Part shown: piece after piece, positions 20,942 through 30,934 of the stretch
Layout: the number at the start of each line of letters is the position of its first letter
How positions within the stretch are numbered: position 1 is the first letter of the stretch
Assembly: GCA_036149055.1 (NCBI GenBank)
Contig: JAYZQJ010000017.1
Coordinates: 1-64,000 of the forward strand
Source: Myxococcota bacterium
GTDB taxonomy: Bacteria > Myxococcota_A > Polyangia > Polyangiales > Sandaracinaceae
Length of the DNA stretch: 64,000 nucleotides
Direction of reading: 5' to 3'
Position numbers and translations under genes: made by a program
Notes under the pieces: generated by a model
What the model saw: the letters and a program-made list of their open reading frames with translations, nothing else
Databases searched by the model: none
Told to the model about the DNA's origin: nothing

Positions 20942-21451
20942 TCAGTTGAGGACCACGCCGGTCGCCTCGATCGAGAGGGCGGACGCGGTGGCGACCGCGC
21001 CCTCGGACTCGAGGTGGGCGCGGGTCTCGGGCGACAGCTCGCGGATGACGACCCGGCCCTGCATGGTGGCCCGGCGGCCGGCGCAGTCGCGGGGCAGGAA
21101 GAAGGAGTGGCCGGCCATCGGCACCCGGACACCCGGGCTGTCCGCGTCCTGGCGGAGCTCCATCCAGCAGCCCATGCGCTGGCACACCCGCGCGACCTCG
21201 CCCTCGGTCTTCACGACCTGGCCCTCGAAGCGCGAGGGCTCGGCGAGGATGTCGCTCAGCGCGGTGACGGGCATGCCCTCGTCGATCGCGCCGCCGAACG
21301 TGTCCGCGCCCTCGGGCGCCTCCGCCGCCGCGGGGGCCTCGACCTCCGCGGTCTCGACGGCCTCGGGCGCCTCGAGCCGTCCGGAGGGCTCGGGCGAGGA
21401 CTGGCAGCCCAGCGCGAGGAGCGCCGCGAGGCCCAGGAGCGGGCGCGTCAC
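20942..21451 (-). CDS. DUF4920-like lipoprotein
   Basis: Lipobox LALGC; VKTEGEVARVCQRMGCWMEL, HSFFLPRD, IEATGV; GTG overlaps upstream TGA. Confidence 0.8.
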   Translation of the reverse strand: MTRPLLGLAALLALGCQSSPEPSGRLEAPEAVETAEVEAPAAAEAPEGADTFGGAIDEGMPVTALSDILAEPSRFEGQVVKTEGEVARVCQRMGCWMELRQDADSPGVRVPMAGHSFFLPRDCAGRRATMQGRVVIRELSPETRAHLESEGAVATASALSIEATGVVLN

Positions 21452-21855
21452 GCGTCCTCCCCGAGCAGCTTGCTCATCGACGCCTCGTCCACCGGGGTGA
21501 ACGGGTACTGGTCGAACTCGTCGCTCGTGACCCAGCGGAAGTCGTTCACCGCCCGGGCCTCGAGCGCGTCGGACTCGAGGGTGCACTCGTAGAGGTAGAG
21601 ATCGACCGTGTAGTGCTCGTACGGGTGGGTGCGGAAGCAGATCCACGGCTGCTGCACGCTCACCGCGACGCCGAGCCGCTCCATGATCTCGCGCGCGAGC
21701 GCCTCGACGTCGCTCTCGCCCTCCTCGACCCGGCCGCCCGGGAACTCCCAGAGCAGGGGCAGCACCGCGTTGGGGCGCCGCTGGGTGATGAGGTAACGGC
21801 CGTCCTCTTCGACGACGGCCCCCACGACCCGGATGGTCTTGCGATCGTCCGACAC
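21448..21855 (-). CDS. NUDIX hydrolase (MutT/NudG-like)
   Basis: WEFPGGRVEEGESDVEALAREIMERLG Nudix box. Confidence 0.9.
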   Translation of the reverse strand: MSDDRKTIRVVGAVVEEDGRYLITQRRPNAVLPLLWEFPGGRVEEGESDVEALAREIMERLGVAVSVQQPWICFRTHPYEHYTVDLYLYECTLESDALEARAVNDFRWVTSDEFDQYPFTPVDEASMSKLLGEDA

Positions 21856-21892
21856 GAAGGCGGACTCATAGCAGCCGGAGGCCGCGCCGTCA

Positions 21893-22213
21893 CTACCCCC
21901 GCGGGTAGCGGCCGACCACGTCACGCTCCGGCCGGTCCACGCTGAGGATGGGGCTGGTGACCAGGTCACGGCCCGCCGCGTGGAAGAAGAGCGACTCGCC
22001 GACCTTCGGCTGGCCCGGGTTGGGCATGATGCCGCCGCTCCGGTTGAAGCGGATCCCGCCGTGCACGCGGTTCTTCAGCGCCAGGTGCGCGCGGAGCCAC
22101 TCGCCGCTCCGGCGATCCTTGACGGCCACGCAGAGGTCACGCCGGACGTGGTACTCGGTGTTCCGCGTCACGAAGACCTTGTGAATGCGCCGATCCTTGC
22201 CCTTGAATCCCAT
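21893..22213 (-). CDS. Small hypothetical protein
   Basis: SD GGAGG upstream; RRIHKVFVTRNTEYH; good codon bias. Confidence 0.75.
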   Translation of the reverse strand: MGFKGKDRRIHKVFVTRNTEYHVRRDLCVAVKDRRSGEWLRAHLALKNRVHGGIRFNRSGGIMPNPGQPKVGESLFFHAAGRDLVTSPILSVDRPERDVVGRYPRG

Positions 22214-22263
22214 CGGACACCTCCCTGAGCCGTGCGTCCAACCCGGAACCTACATGTAGGACA

Positions 22264-23286
22264 ATGGGGCACCAAAAAAGCGACGAACCGATCCTCCTCC
22301 GGGGGGACAACTTCACCCCGCCGTCCCGCACCCCGTGGGGCGGCCGCCGGATCCGCGCGCTCAAGGGCATGCCGCCCGGCGAGCCGGTGGGCGAGTCCTG
22401 GGAGGTCTCGGTCGGGCCGAGCTTCCCGAGCGTGGACGGCGACGGCCGGCCGCTCTCGGAGCGGGTGGACGAGGGCTGGCTCGGGGGCGAGCGGGCCCGC
22501 GGGGGCACCGCGCTGCTCGTGAAGCTGCTCGACACCGACGACGCGCTCTCGGTGCAGATCCACCCGAGCGACGACGCGCCCGGGCTCGCGCCGGACGAGT
22601 CCGGCAAGCCCGAGAGCTGGTACGTCGTGGACCACGCGCCGGGCGCGGGGCTCTACCTGGGGCTCTCGGAGGGCGCGACCGAGGCGCGCGTCCGGGCCGC
22701 GCTCGACGCGGGCGATGATTTGTCGGCCCTGCTGCCCTTCGTGCCGGTGGCGCCCGGCGACTTCTTCGTCATCGAGGCCGGCACCCCGCACTGCATCGGC
22801 GCCGGGGTGCTCCTGGTCGAGCCGCAGCGGGTCCTGCCCGGGCGCCGCGGCGTCACCTACCGCTACTGGGACTGGAACCGGCGCTACGACGAGGCCGGGC
22901 GCCGCGACCCGGACGGCGAGCCCCGCGCGCTGCATCGCGAGGAGGCGCTCGGGGTCACGCGCTGGGACCTGCCGCGCGGCGAGGCGCTCCTGTCGCGGGT
23001 CCGGCACCGCGCCGGGCCCCCGCCCACCGAGGCCACGGTGGAGCTGCTCTCCGGCGAGGGCGCGCCGCTCCGCTCCGACGCGCTGGCGGTGGCGCGGGTG
23101 GCCGGCACCGGCGTGGTGACGCTGCCCGACTGGGATCGGCTCGCCGGGCTGACCGTGCTCTCCGGCGAGGTGACGCTGGGCGACCGGGTCGTGCCCGCGG
23201 GCCGGAGCGCCGCCCTCCCCGCGCGCTGGCGGCCCCGGCAGGCCACCCTGAAGCAGGCGCACGCGATCTTGGCCGCGACCCCCTGA
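22264..23286 (+). CDS. manA: Class I mannose-6-phosphate isomerase (cupin)
   Basis: PWGG, GESWEVS, LLVKLLD..LSVQIHP, GKPESWYV, AGTPHCIG. Confidence 0.8.
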   Translation: MGHQKSDEPILLRGDNFTPPSRTPWGGRRIRALKGMPPGEPVGESWEVSVGPSFPSVDGDGRPLSERVDEGWLGGERARGGTALLVKLLDTDDALSVQIHPSDDAPGLAPDESGKPESWYVVDHAPGAGLYLGLSEGATEARVRAALDAGDDLSALLPFVPVAPGDFFVIEAGTPHCIGAGVLLVEPQRVLPGRRGVTYRYWDWNRRYDEAGRRDPDGEPRALHREEALGVTRWDLPRGEALLSRVRHRAGPPPTEATVELLSGEGAPLRSDALAVARVAGTGVVTLPDWDRLAGLTVLSGEVTLGDRVVPAGRSAALPARWRPRQATLKQAHAILAATP

Positions 23287-23304
23287 CGACACCAAGGAGC
23301 CGCC

Positions 23305-24342
23305 ATGGACTTCGACGCCATCCTCGTCTTCTCGTTCGGCGGCCCCGAGACCGCCGAGGACGTCATGCCCTTCCTCGAGAACGTGGTGCGCGGCCGCCCG
23401 GTGCCCCGCGAGCGGCTGGAGGCGGTGGCCGAGCACTACCTGCACATGGGCGGCAAGAGCCCGATCAACGACCGCACCCGCGAGCTGATCGCGGCGCTCG
23501 AGGCGGAGCTCGCGGCGCACGGGCCCGCGCTGCCCATCTACTGGGGCAACCGCTTCTGGCACCCGATGCTCGAGGACACGCTCCGCCAGATGAAGGACGA
23601 CGGCGTGAAGCGCGCGGTGGCGTTCGCGACGAGCGCGTTCTCGAGCTGGTCGGGCTGCCGCGCCTACCAGGAGGACGTCGCGAAGGCCCGCGAGGCGATC
23701 GGCGAGGGCGCCCCGGAGGTCGTGAAGATCCGCCCGTTCTTCAACCACCCGGGCTACGTCGAGACCTGCGCGGCGCGGCTGCGGGAGGGCCTGGCGCGGC
23801 TCCCGGAGGCGGCGCGGGCCGACGCCCACGTGATGTTCAGCGCCCACTCGATCCCGGTGAGCATGGCCGCCGGGTGCGACTACGCGCAGCAGCTCGAGGA
23901 GCTGGCCCGGCTGGTCTCCGAGGAGGTCGGGGTGGCGAGCTGGGAGCGCATCTACCAGAGCCGCTCGGGCCCGCCGCAGGTGCCGTGGCTCGAGCCGGAC
24001 GTGCTCGACGCGCTCGACGCCTTCGCCGCGCGCCGGCCGGGCGGCGCGGTGGTGATCGCGCCCTTCGGCTTCGTCGCCGACCACATGGAGGTGGTCTGGG
24101 ACCTCGATCACGAGGCGAAGGAGCGCGCCGAGGCGCTCGGGCTGACCTTCGCCCGGGCCCCCGCCGCGAACGACCACCCCCGGTTCGTGCGCATGGCCCG
24201 GGAGCTGATCGCCGAGTACGTCGAGGGCTGGGACGACCGCCCGGCGGTGGGCGCGCTGCCTCCGCGGCCCTTCCACTGCGTGCCCGGCTGCTGCCCGCAG
24301 GGGGCCTCTCGGCCCCGTCCCTTGACGGGGAAGGGAGCGTAG
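23305..24342 (+). CDS. hemH: Ferrochelatase
   Basis: SFGGPE, GGKSP, FSAHSIP, YQSRSGPPQVPWLEPD, GFVADHMEVVWDLD. Confidence 0.95.
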   Translation: MDFDAILVFSFGGPETAEDVMPFLENVVRGRPVPRERLEAVAEHYLHMGGKSPINDRTRELIAALEAELAAHGPALPIYWGNRFWHPMLEDTLRQMKDDGVKRAVAFATSAFSSWSGCRAYQEDVAKAREAIGEGAPEVVKIRPFFNHPGYVETCAARLREGLARLPEAARADAHVMFSAHSIPVSMAAGCDYAQQLEELARLVSEEVGVASWERIYQSRSGPPQVPWLEPDVLDALDAFAARRPGGAVVIAPFGFVADHMEVVWDLDHEAKERAEALGLTFARAPAANDHPRFVRMARELIAEYVEGWDDRPAVGALPPRPFHCVPGCCPQGASRPRPLTGKGA

Positions 24343-24359
24343 ACAAGAGTCCGCGCGCG

Positions 24360-25088
24360 ATGTCGAGCGAGCCGAACCTCCCCACCCCGCGCGTCTCGAT
24401 CGTCATTCCGATCTACAGCGAGGAGGCGATCCTCCACGCGGCCGTCGTGGACCTCATCGATCGCCTCGAGCCGCTCGGGTGGCCCTACGAGCTGGTCCTC
24501 GCCGAGAACGGCTCGAAGGACGCGACGGTGCAGATCGCCGAGGAGCTGGCCGAGCGCTTCCCCGCGGTGCGCACCTTCTCCTTCGGCCAGCCCAACTACG
24601 GGGGCGCGCTGAAGCGCGGCATCCTCGAGGCGCGCGGCGAGTTCGTGATCTGCGACGAGATCGATCTCTGCGACACGGACTTCTACGAGCGCGCGATGGC
24701 GCTGCTCGAGACCAACGAGGCGGACTTCGTCGTCGGCAGCAAGGTCATGCCCGGCGCGAGCGACGAGCGGCCGTTCCTCCGCCGGCTCGGCACCCACGTC
24801 ATCAACGGCATGCTGCGGGTGTCCCTGGGCTTCAAGGGCACCGACACCCACGGCCTCAAGGCCTTCCGCCGCGCCGCGGTCGTCGACGTCGCCCGGGCCT
24901 GCCTGGTCGACAAGGACCTGTTCGCGAGCGAGCTCGTCATCCGGGCCGAGCGCGGCGGCGTGCGCGTGGTCGAGATCCCCGTGCGTGTCCTCGAGAAGCG
25001 CCAGCCCTCCATCCACCTCTTCCGCCGCGTGCCGAACGTCATGAAGAACCTGACGAAGCTCTTCGTGGCGATCCGCATCAAGGGTTGA
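24360..25088 (+). CDS. Glycosyltransferase family 2 (DPM/DPG synthase-like)
   Basis: VSIVIPIYSEE, ENGSKDAT, NYGGALKRG, DTHGLKAFRR. Confidence 0.85.
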   Translation: MSSEPNLPTPRVSIVIPIYSEEAILHAAVVDLIDRLEPLGWPYELVLAENGSKDATVQIAEELAERFPAVRTFSFGQPNYGGALKRGILEARGEFVICDEIDLCDTDFYERAMALLETNEADFVVGSKVMPGASDERPFLRRLGTHVINGMLRVSLGFKGTDTHGLKAFRRAAVVDVARACLVDKDLFASELVIRAERGGVRVVEIPVRVLEKRQPSIHLFRRVPNVMKNLTKLFVAIRIKG

Positions 25089-25093
25089 AGCCG

Positions 25094-26008
25094 ATGCGCC
25101 TCGCCGCCCTCAGCGTCGATCTGGACGAGATCGGCTGCTACGCGGCGATCCACGGGCTCGACGCGCCCGGCCGGTCGGGCCGCGCGATCTACGAGCGCGC
25201 CCTCCCCCGCCTGCGCGCGCTCTTCGCCGACGAGGGCGTGCCGTGCACCTTCTTCGCGATCGGGCGCGACCTCGACGGGGACAACGGCGCGCGCCTGCGC
25301 ATGCTCGCCGAGGAGGGTCACGAGATCGGCAACCACTCGCTCGATCATCTCTACGACCTCACGCGGCGCGACCGGCGCACGATCACCGCGCAGATCGCCG
25401 GCGGGATGGAGGCGATCGAGCGCGCGGTCGGCGTGGTCCCGCTCGGCTTCCGGGCCCCCGGCTACACGATCACCGACGACGTCTTCTCGGTGCTCGGCGA
25501 GCTCGGCGTGGCCTACGACTCGAGCGTCTTCCCCTGCCCGGCCTACTACCTGGCGAAGACCGGCGCGATCGGCGCCATCCGCGCCCGCGGCCGCCGGAGC
25601 CAGAGCGTGGTCGACGATCCGCGGGTGCTGACCGCGCCCGCCGACCCCTACCGGGTGGGCAGGCCCTACTGGCGCCGCGGCGACGGGGTGATGGAGCTGC
25701 CCATCGGGGTTTCCCGCGGGCCCCGCCTGCCCTACATCGGAACCAGCGTGGTGCTCTCGGGGGAGACCGGCGCGCGGCTCCTGTCGCGCGCCATCGTCGG
25801 CCGGCCGCTCGTAAACCTCGAGCTGCACGGCATCGATCTGGCCGACGCCGACGAGGACGGCCTGACCTGGCTGAGGCCGCACCAGCCCGACCTGCGGCGG
25901 ACCGCGGCGGAGAAGGAGCGCGCGCTGCGCAGCGCGATCGCGACCCTCCGGGAGGCGGGCTACCGCTTCGTCACGCTGGGGGAAGCCGCGGAGGCCTTCG
26001 CCGGTTGA
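25094..26008 (+). CDS. Polysaccharide deacetylase (CE4/NodB)
   Basis: LSVDLD, TFFAIG, GHEIGNHSLDH, GFRAPGY, YDSS; ATG 5 nt after the GT2 stop. Confidence 0.85.
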   Translation: MRLAALSVDLDEIGCYAAIHGLDAPGRSGRAIYERALPRLRALFADEGVPCTFFAIGRDLDGDNGARLRMLAEEGHEIGNHSLDHLYDLTRRDRRTITAQIAGGMEAIERAVGVVPLGFRAPGYTITDDVFSVLGELGVAYDSSVFPCPAYYLAKTGAIGAIRARGRRSQSVVDDPRVLTAPADPYRVGRPYWRRGDGVMELPIGVSRGPRLPYIGTSVVLSGETGARLLSRAIVGRPLVNLELHGIDLADADEDGLTWLRPHQPDLRRTAAEKERALRSAIATLREAGYRFVTLGEAAEAFAG

Positions 26009-26017
26009 GGCGGCGCG

Positions 26018-27667
26018 ATGGAGGGGGCGGGCACGACGACGAGCGCAGGCGGACGCGAGCTGCTCCAGAAGCGGGTGGCCGCGTTCGCGGCGAGCTTCGG
26101 CGGCATCATGCTCGTCGGCGTCCTCGCGCGCACGGTCGCGGTGCTGAGCTACCCGGAGCAGCTCTCCTTCGTCCCCGCGACCACGATGGTCTTCCAGTTC
26201 GGCGCGACCGCGTGTCTCCTCGCCATCTACCTGCTCACCCGCGGCCGGCCGCGGAGCGCGCGCTTCGTCCGGGTGGTGGAGGCCACCGGGCTGCTCGGCG
26301 CGGGCGCCTGCCTCGAGGTCGTCGCCTACGGGATGACCGAGCGGCTGCTCTGGGCCGGGCAGCTCGACCGCCTGCTCCAGGATCCGACCACCCAGCTCTT
26401 CGGGCTGTTCGCCCTGCTGATGCCGATGGTCGGCGCGTCCTTCGTGCTCACCTACGCGCTGGTCATGCGCGCGGCGTTCGTGCCGACCTCGGCCAAGCAC
26501 ACCGCGATCCTCACCCTCGCGGTCGGCTCGCCGCTGGTGGTCATCGGCTGGCTGGCCGGCAGCGGGGTGGACGGCGCGCGCCTCGAGTTCTTCTCCTCGA
26601 GCTCCCTCGCGCTCGGCGGCGCCGCGCAGTGGGTCGTCACCACCCTGGTCTGCACGATGATCTCGAAGGTCATCTACGGCCTGCGCGAGGAGGTGCGCGA
26701 GGCGCAGCGGCTCGGCCAGTACACCCTCGAGGGCCTCATCGGCGAGGGCGGGATGGGCATGGTCTACCGCGCGTCCCACGCGATGCTCCGGCGCCCGACC
26801 GCGATCAAGCTGCTCGCCCCCGAGCGCGCCGGCCGCGAGTCGCTCGAGCGCTTCGAGCGCGAGGTGCAGCTGACCTCCCAGCTCACCCACCCGAACACGG
26901 TCACGATCTTCGACTACGGCCGCACCGCCGACGGCGTCCTCTACTACGCGATGGAGCTGCTCGACGGAGCCACGGTCGAGGAGGTGGTCGAGATCGACGG
27001 CCCGCAGCCGCCGGCCCGGGTGGTCCGGGTGATGGAGCAGGTCGCGGGGGCGCTCGGCGAGGCGCACGCCATCGGGCTCATCCACCGCGACGTGAAGCCG
27101 GCCAACATCGTGCTCGCGCGGCAGGGCGGCGAGCACGACGTCGCGAAGGTCGTCGACTTCGGGCTGGTGAAGGAGATCGAGCGACGGGTCGGCGCGACCG
27201 TGAGCCGCGAGGGCACCATCAGCGGGACCCCGCTCTACATGGCGCCCGAGATCCTCACCGAGCCCGACGCGGGCAGCCCCCGGAGCGACCTCTACGCGCT
27301 CGGCGCGGTCGGCTACTACATGCTCACCGGCGAGCACGTCTTCGAGGGCAAGACGGTGATCGAGATCCTCGGCCACCACATGCACAGCGAGCCGCTGCCG
27401 CCGTCGGTGCGGCTCGGCGATCAGGTGCCGGAGGACCTCGAGCGGCTCATCCTCGACTGCCTCGCCAAGAGGCCCGACGACCGGCCGCAGACCGCCTCCG
27501 AGCTGCGCCGTCGGCTCGAGCAGTGCGACGTGCCCCGGTGGACGCAGCGCAAGGCGCAGCTCTGGTGGGAGGCGCACGGCCCCGCCCTCACCTCGCGCCG
27601 CTCGTCGGGCCCGCCGCCGAAGAGCGCGACGACGATGACCGTCGACCTGATCACGCGAAGGGCGTGA
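26018..27667 (+). CDS. Membrane-bound Hanks-type Ser/Thr protein kinase
   Basis: About 6 N-terminal TM; IGEGGMGMVY, AIK, HRDVKPAN, DFG, GTPLYMAPE, DLYALG. Confidence 0.95.
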   Translation: MEGAGTTTSAGGRELLQKRVAAFAASFGGIMLVGVLARTVAVLSYPEQLSFVPATTMVFQFGATACLLAIYLLTRGRPRSARFVRVVEATGLLGAGACLEVVAYGMTERLLWAGQLDRLLQDPTTQLFGLFALLMPMVGASFVLTYALVMRAAFVPTSAKHTAILTLAVGSPLVVIGWLAGSGVDGARLEFFSSSSLALGGAAQWVVTTLVCTMISKVIYGLREEVREAQRLGQYTLEGLIGEGGMGMVYRASHAMLRRPTAIKLLAPERAGRESLERFEREVQLTSQLTHPNTVTIFDYGRTADGVLYYAMELLDGATVEEVVEIDGPQPPARVVRVMEQVAGALGEAHAIGLIHRDVKPANIVLARQGGEHDVAKVVDFGLVKEIERRVGATVSREGTISGTPLYMAPEILTEPDAGSPRSDLYALGAVGYYMLTGEHVFEGKTVIEILGHHMHSEPLPPSVRLGDQVPEDLERLILDCLAKRPDDRPQTASELRRRLEQCDVPRWTQRKAQLWWEAHGPALTSRRSSGPPPKSATTMTVDLITRRA

Positions 27668-28376
27668 CCGGCTCCCAGCCGCGCTTGCCGCGCGTCTCGA
27701 CCGCCTCGCGCGCGAGCTGATCGGCCTTCTCGTTGAAGTCGTGGCCCGCGTGGCCGGGCACGTAGTGGAGGACCACGTCGTCGATCTGGGCCAGCGCGGC
27801 CTTCACGTCGCGGATCAGCTCCTTGTTCTTCTTCGGCTTCCAGCCCTTGGTCAGCACCCCGATCGAGTACTGGCTGTCGGTGTAGATGCGCACCGGCTTG
27901 TCGGTGCCGGCGAGCTCGGAGGCCGCGCGCAGGATCGCGGTCAGCTCCCCCACGTTGTTGGTGCCCTCGCCGAGGTACTCGCTCAGCTCCCGCGAGTCGT
28001 CGCCGTCGAGGATGAGGACGCCCAGGCCGGCCGGCCCGGGGTTGCCGCTGCAGGCGCCGTCCGCGTAGACGATGATCGCGCCCTCCTCGTGGGGCGGCGG
28101 CGCCGCGCTCTTCTTCGAGCTCTTCTTCTTGGGCTTCCTGGCCCCGCCCTTCGCGCTCGGCTGGCTCTCCGGGACCTCGGCCTCCGCGCAGTGCGCGTCG
28201 GGCAGGATCGCCGCGCCGTCCACCGGCGTCAGGTTGCGAACGCCGGCCCGGTAGGCGCGTCCGTCGTTCGGCTTGTACCGGATCTCGACCCGGCCCCCTT
28301 CGGCGACGGGCTCTCCGGCGGCGTCGACGCGCGCGAGCACCTTGGCCCCGCGCAACAGCATCGGCTTCCACGGCAT
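27651..28376 (-). CDS. rnhA: Ribonuclease HI with N-terminal extension
   Basis: YADGACSGNPGPAG, TNNVGEL, YTDSQY, VPGHAG..NEKADQLA. Confidence 0.92.
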   Translation of the reverse strand: MPWKPMLLRGAKVLARVDAAGEPVAEGGRVEIRYKPNDGRAYRAGVRNLTPVDGAAILPDAHCAEAEVPESQPSAKGGARKPKKKSSKKSAAPPPHEEGAIIVYADGACSGNPGPAGLGVLILDGDDSRELSEYLGEGTNNVGELTAILRAASELAGTDKPVRIYTDSQYSIGVLTKGWKPKKNKELIRDVKAALAQIDDVVLHYVPGHAGHDFNEKADQLAREAVETRGKRGWEPVTPFA

Positions 28377-28431
28377 CGCGCGACTCCTACCACTTGCGAG
28401 CCCCGCGGGCACCCCTCATACGAGACGGGCC

Positions 28432-29364
28432 ATGCCCATTCGCGCCCGCCTGGTCGGCGCCGCCCTCCACTACGGCCTCCGCGCCGCCGCCGCCGCCGGC
28501 AAGCTCCGCCCCGACGCCCGCCTCGATCGGTACGGCATCGAGGTCGACTACGACGTGCCCTACGGGCCGGCGCGCCACGAGCGCCTCGACGTGTACCGCC
28601 CGGCGAGCGCGACCGGCCGCGCCGCGCTCTACCTGCACGGCGGCGGCTTCCGGATCCTGAGCAAGGACACCCACTGGATGATGGCCAAGATGCTGGCCCG
28701 CTCCGGCTGGACCGTGTTCAACGCCGACTACCGCCTCGCGCCGCAGAACCCCTTCCCCGCCGCGATCGAGGACGCGTGCGCCGCGCTCGACTGGGTGATC
28801 CGGAACGGCGCCCGCTACGGCGCCGACCCGAACGAGCTGCTCCTCATCGGCGAGTCGGCGGGCGGCAACCTCGTCACCGCCCTCGCGCTCGCGACCACCT
28901 TCGAGCGGCCGGAGCCCTGGGCGAAGAAGGTGCACGCGCACGGCGTCGTGCCCCGCGCGGTGGCGCCGCTGTGCGGCATCCTCGAGGTCTCGAACGGCGA
29001 GCGGTACCTGCGGGACGAGCGGCTGCCCCCCGTGGTCCGCGCCCGCATCCAGCAGGTGTGCCGCGCCTACCTCGGTGACGAAGGCGACGAGGAGCGCCTG
29101 TTCTTCGCCGATCCGCTCCGCGTGCTCGAGAGCCCGCTCGAGCCGGCGCGCCCGCTCCCGCCCTTCTTCGCCTCGGTCGGCACCGGCGACCCGATCCTCG
29201 ACGACACCCGCCGCCTCCACCGCGCGCTCGAGCGCCGCGGCGTGCCCCACGAGGTGCGCTACTACAGCCGCGAGATCCACGCCTTCCAGGCGCTCTACTG
29301 GACCGCGCAGGGCCGCCGCAGCTGGGAGGATCTGTTCGCCTTCCTCGACGCCGTCAGCTCCTGA
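28432..29364 (+). CDS. HSL-family esterase/lipase
   Basis: HGGGF, DYRLAP, GESAGG, catalytic D (DPILDD) and H (IHAF). Confidence 0.9.
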   Translation: MPIRARLVGAALHYGLRAAAAAGKLRPDARLDRYGIEVDYDVPYGPARHERLDVYRPASATGRAALYLHGGGFRILSKDTHWMMAKMLARSGWTVFNADYRLAPQNPFPAAIEDACAALDWVIRNGARYGADPNELLLIGESAGGNLVTALALATTFERPEPWAKKVHAHGVVPRAVAPLCGILEVSNGERYLRDERLPPVVRARIQQVCRAYLGDEGDEERLFFADPLRVLESPLEPARPLPPFFASVGTGDPILDDTRRLHRALERRGVPHEVRYYSREIHAFQALYWTAQGRRSWEDLFAFLDAVSS

Positions 29365-29366
29365 TC

Positions 29367-29852
29367 TCAGCTCCTGAACCAGGTGTCGCCCTCGGGCAGC
29401 GGGGGGCAGACGGCGTCCGGGTCCTCGACGATGCGCCAGTGGGTCTCGTCGGCGTCGCGCGCGAAGACGACCCGCTCGATGCCCTCGAGCCCGGAGGCGG
29501 CGGTCCCGAGCCGCCGCTCGAGGACCGCGTCGACGACGACCTCGATCTCCTCGCCGAACCGGTCGAGCACGTAGTCGGGGCTCTCGCGCGGGTAGTTGGC
29601 GAAGAGCCGCACGAAGCCCGGCGACGCCGGCCGGGCGTCGGGGTTCAGCCAGGCGAAGTCGGTGGCCATGCAGACGTCGACGCGCGCCGGCTCGGGCGGG
29701 CCAGCGTCTTCGACCGACCCTGCGTCATCGAGCCCTGCGTCATCGAGCCGCCCGGCGTCGATGGGCGCGGGGTCGATGGGCGCGGGGTCGAGGCCATTGG
29801 ACAGGTAGCAGCCCTGGAGGGCGAGGAACGCGAAGCAAGCGAGGCGGGTCAT
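29367..29852 (-). CDS. Hypothetical lipoprotein
   Basis: Lipobox LQGC followed by DAG-rich linker. Confidence 0.65.
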   Translation of the reverse strand: MTRLACFAFLALQGCYLSNGLDPAPIDPAPIDAGRLDDAGLDDAGSVEDAGPPEPARVDVCMATDFAWLNPDARPASPGFVRLFANYPRESPDYVLDRFGEEIEVVVDAVLERRLGTAASGLEGIERVVFARDADETHWRIVEDPDAVCPPLPEGDTWFRS

Positions 29853-29929
29853 CCAGGAGAGGATGACGCCGCCTCGCGGGGGCCGAAAATGGACCGGCTC
29901 CATGGGAGCCATGGGCACCGGCTATCGAT

Positions 29930-30625
29930 TCAGAACGCCGCGCGGAGGGCCCGGCGCTGGCCCGGGGCGAGGTCGACCTGGAGGACCTGGTCGGTGGTGC
30001 GGTAGCGGGCGAGCACCTCGTAGCTGCCGCTCGAGACGCGGCCGGCGACGCCGCTGCCCAGGGTGCCGACGACCCGGCCGTCACGCTTCACGTAGGCGAT
30101 GCCCGGGGCGTGCTGGCCGTTCGCGGTGAAGCGCACCTCGAGGATCGAGGTCTCGAAGGCGGCGCGCGCGGTGGCGAGCCCGTCTCGGGTCACCGTCACG
30201 CGCACCGTCTGCTGCGGGCGGTCGAGCGCCGAGGTCAGGGTGAGCGTGGCGTCGTAGGTGCCGACGGGCAGCTCGAGGGGCACGGTGCAGTCGCCGCTGG
30301 CGAGCACGGCGCCACCCTGGCGGAGCTCGATCGTGCCCGGCGCGTAGCCGCCGTTGTCGGTGATGCCGCAGGCGATCCGGCCGCGCTCGGCGGGCGCCGG
30401 CGTGGGCTCGGGCTGGGTCCGGGTCATCGCGTGGCTGGGCCCCCGGGTCATCGGCCGCCACTGCTGCGCGGGCGGCGCGACCTGCCTCGGCTGCACCGTG
30501 TACGGTGTGGCCTGGGGGCTGTACCGGAAGGTCCGCAGGGTGTACTGGGCGTCGGCGGCCGAGCCGCTCAGGGCCAGTCCGGCGAAGAGGGCGAAAGCGA
30601 GAAGTTTCGTGAGGTTGGCCGTCAT
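29930..30625 (-). CDS. Secreted protein with beta-sandwich (PEGA/carboxypeptidase-regulatory-like) repeats
   Basis: Signal peptide ending ADA; LPVGTYD and VSSGSYEV motifs. Confidence 0.65.
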   Translation of the reverse strand: MTANLTKLLAFALFAGLALSGSAADAQYTLRTFRYSPQATPYTVQPRQVAPPAQQWRPMTRGPSHAMTRTQPEPTPAPAERGRIACGITDNGGYAPGTIELRQGGAVLASGDCTVPLELPVGTYDATLTLTSALDRPQQTVRVTVTRDGLATARAAFETSILEVRFTANGQHAPGIAYVKRDGRVVGTLGSGVAGRVSSGSYEVLARYRTTDQVLQVDLAPGQRRALRAAF

Positions 30626-30718
30626 GTTCGTTCCTTGCACCGAACGGATCGACGCAGGCCGCCCCGGGGCATTCAAAGACGAGCGGCGTGCGGCCCCCAG
30701 GAGCGGTAGATCGGGGCC

Positions 30719-30910
30719 ATGCGGTACCGAGTCCGGTCCAGCTGGCGCACCCGCGTCCTGCTCTTGATCGCGGTGATCGTCGCCGGCGTGATCGCGTGGC
30801 TCCGCGTCGGCGACCAGCTCGACGCCTCTCCGCCCCCGCCTTCTTCGGTCGAGGCGCCTTCGGAGGACGAGCCCTACGCGGTCGACGTCGAGCTCGTGCC
30901 TTCGCCTTAG
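30719..30910 (+). CDS. Small single-TM protein
   Basis: 63 aa; basic N-terminus, TM, acidic tail. Confidence 0.5.
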   Translation: MRYRVRSSWRTRVLLLIAVIVAGVIAWLRVGDQLDASPPPPSSVEAPSEDEPYAVDVELVPSP

Positions 30911-30934
30911 GCTGGCTTCGTCGGGGACTTTTTA

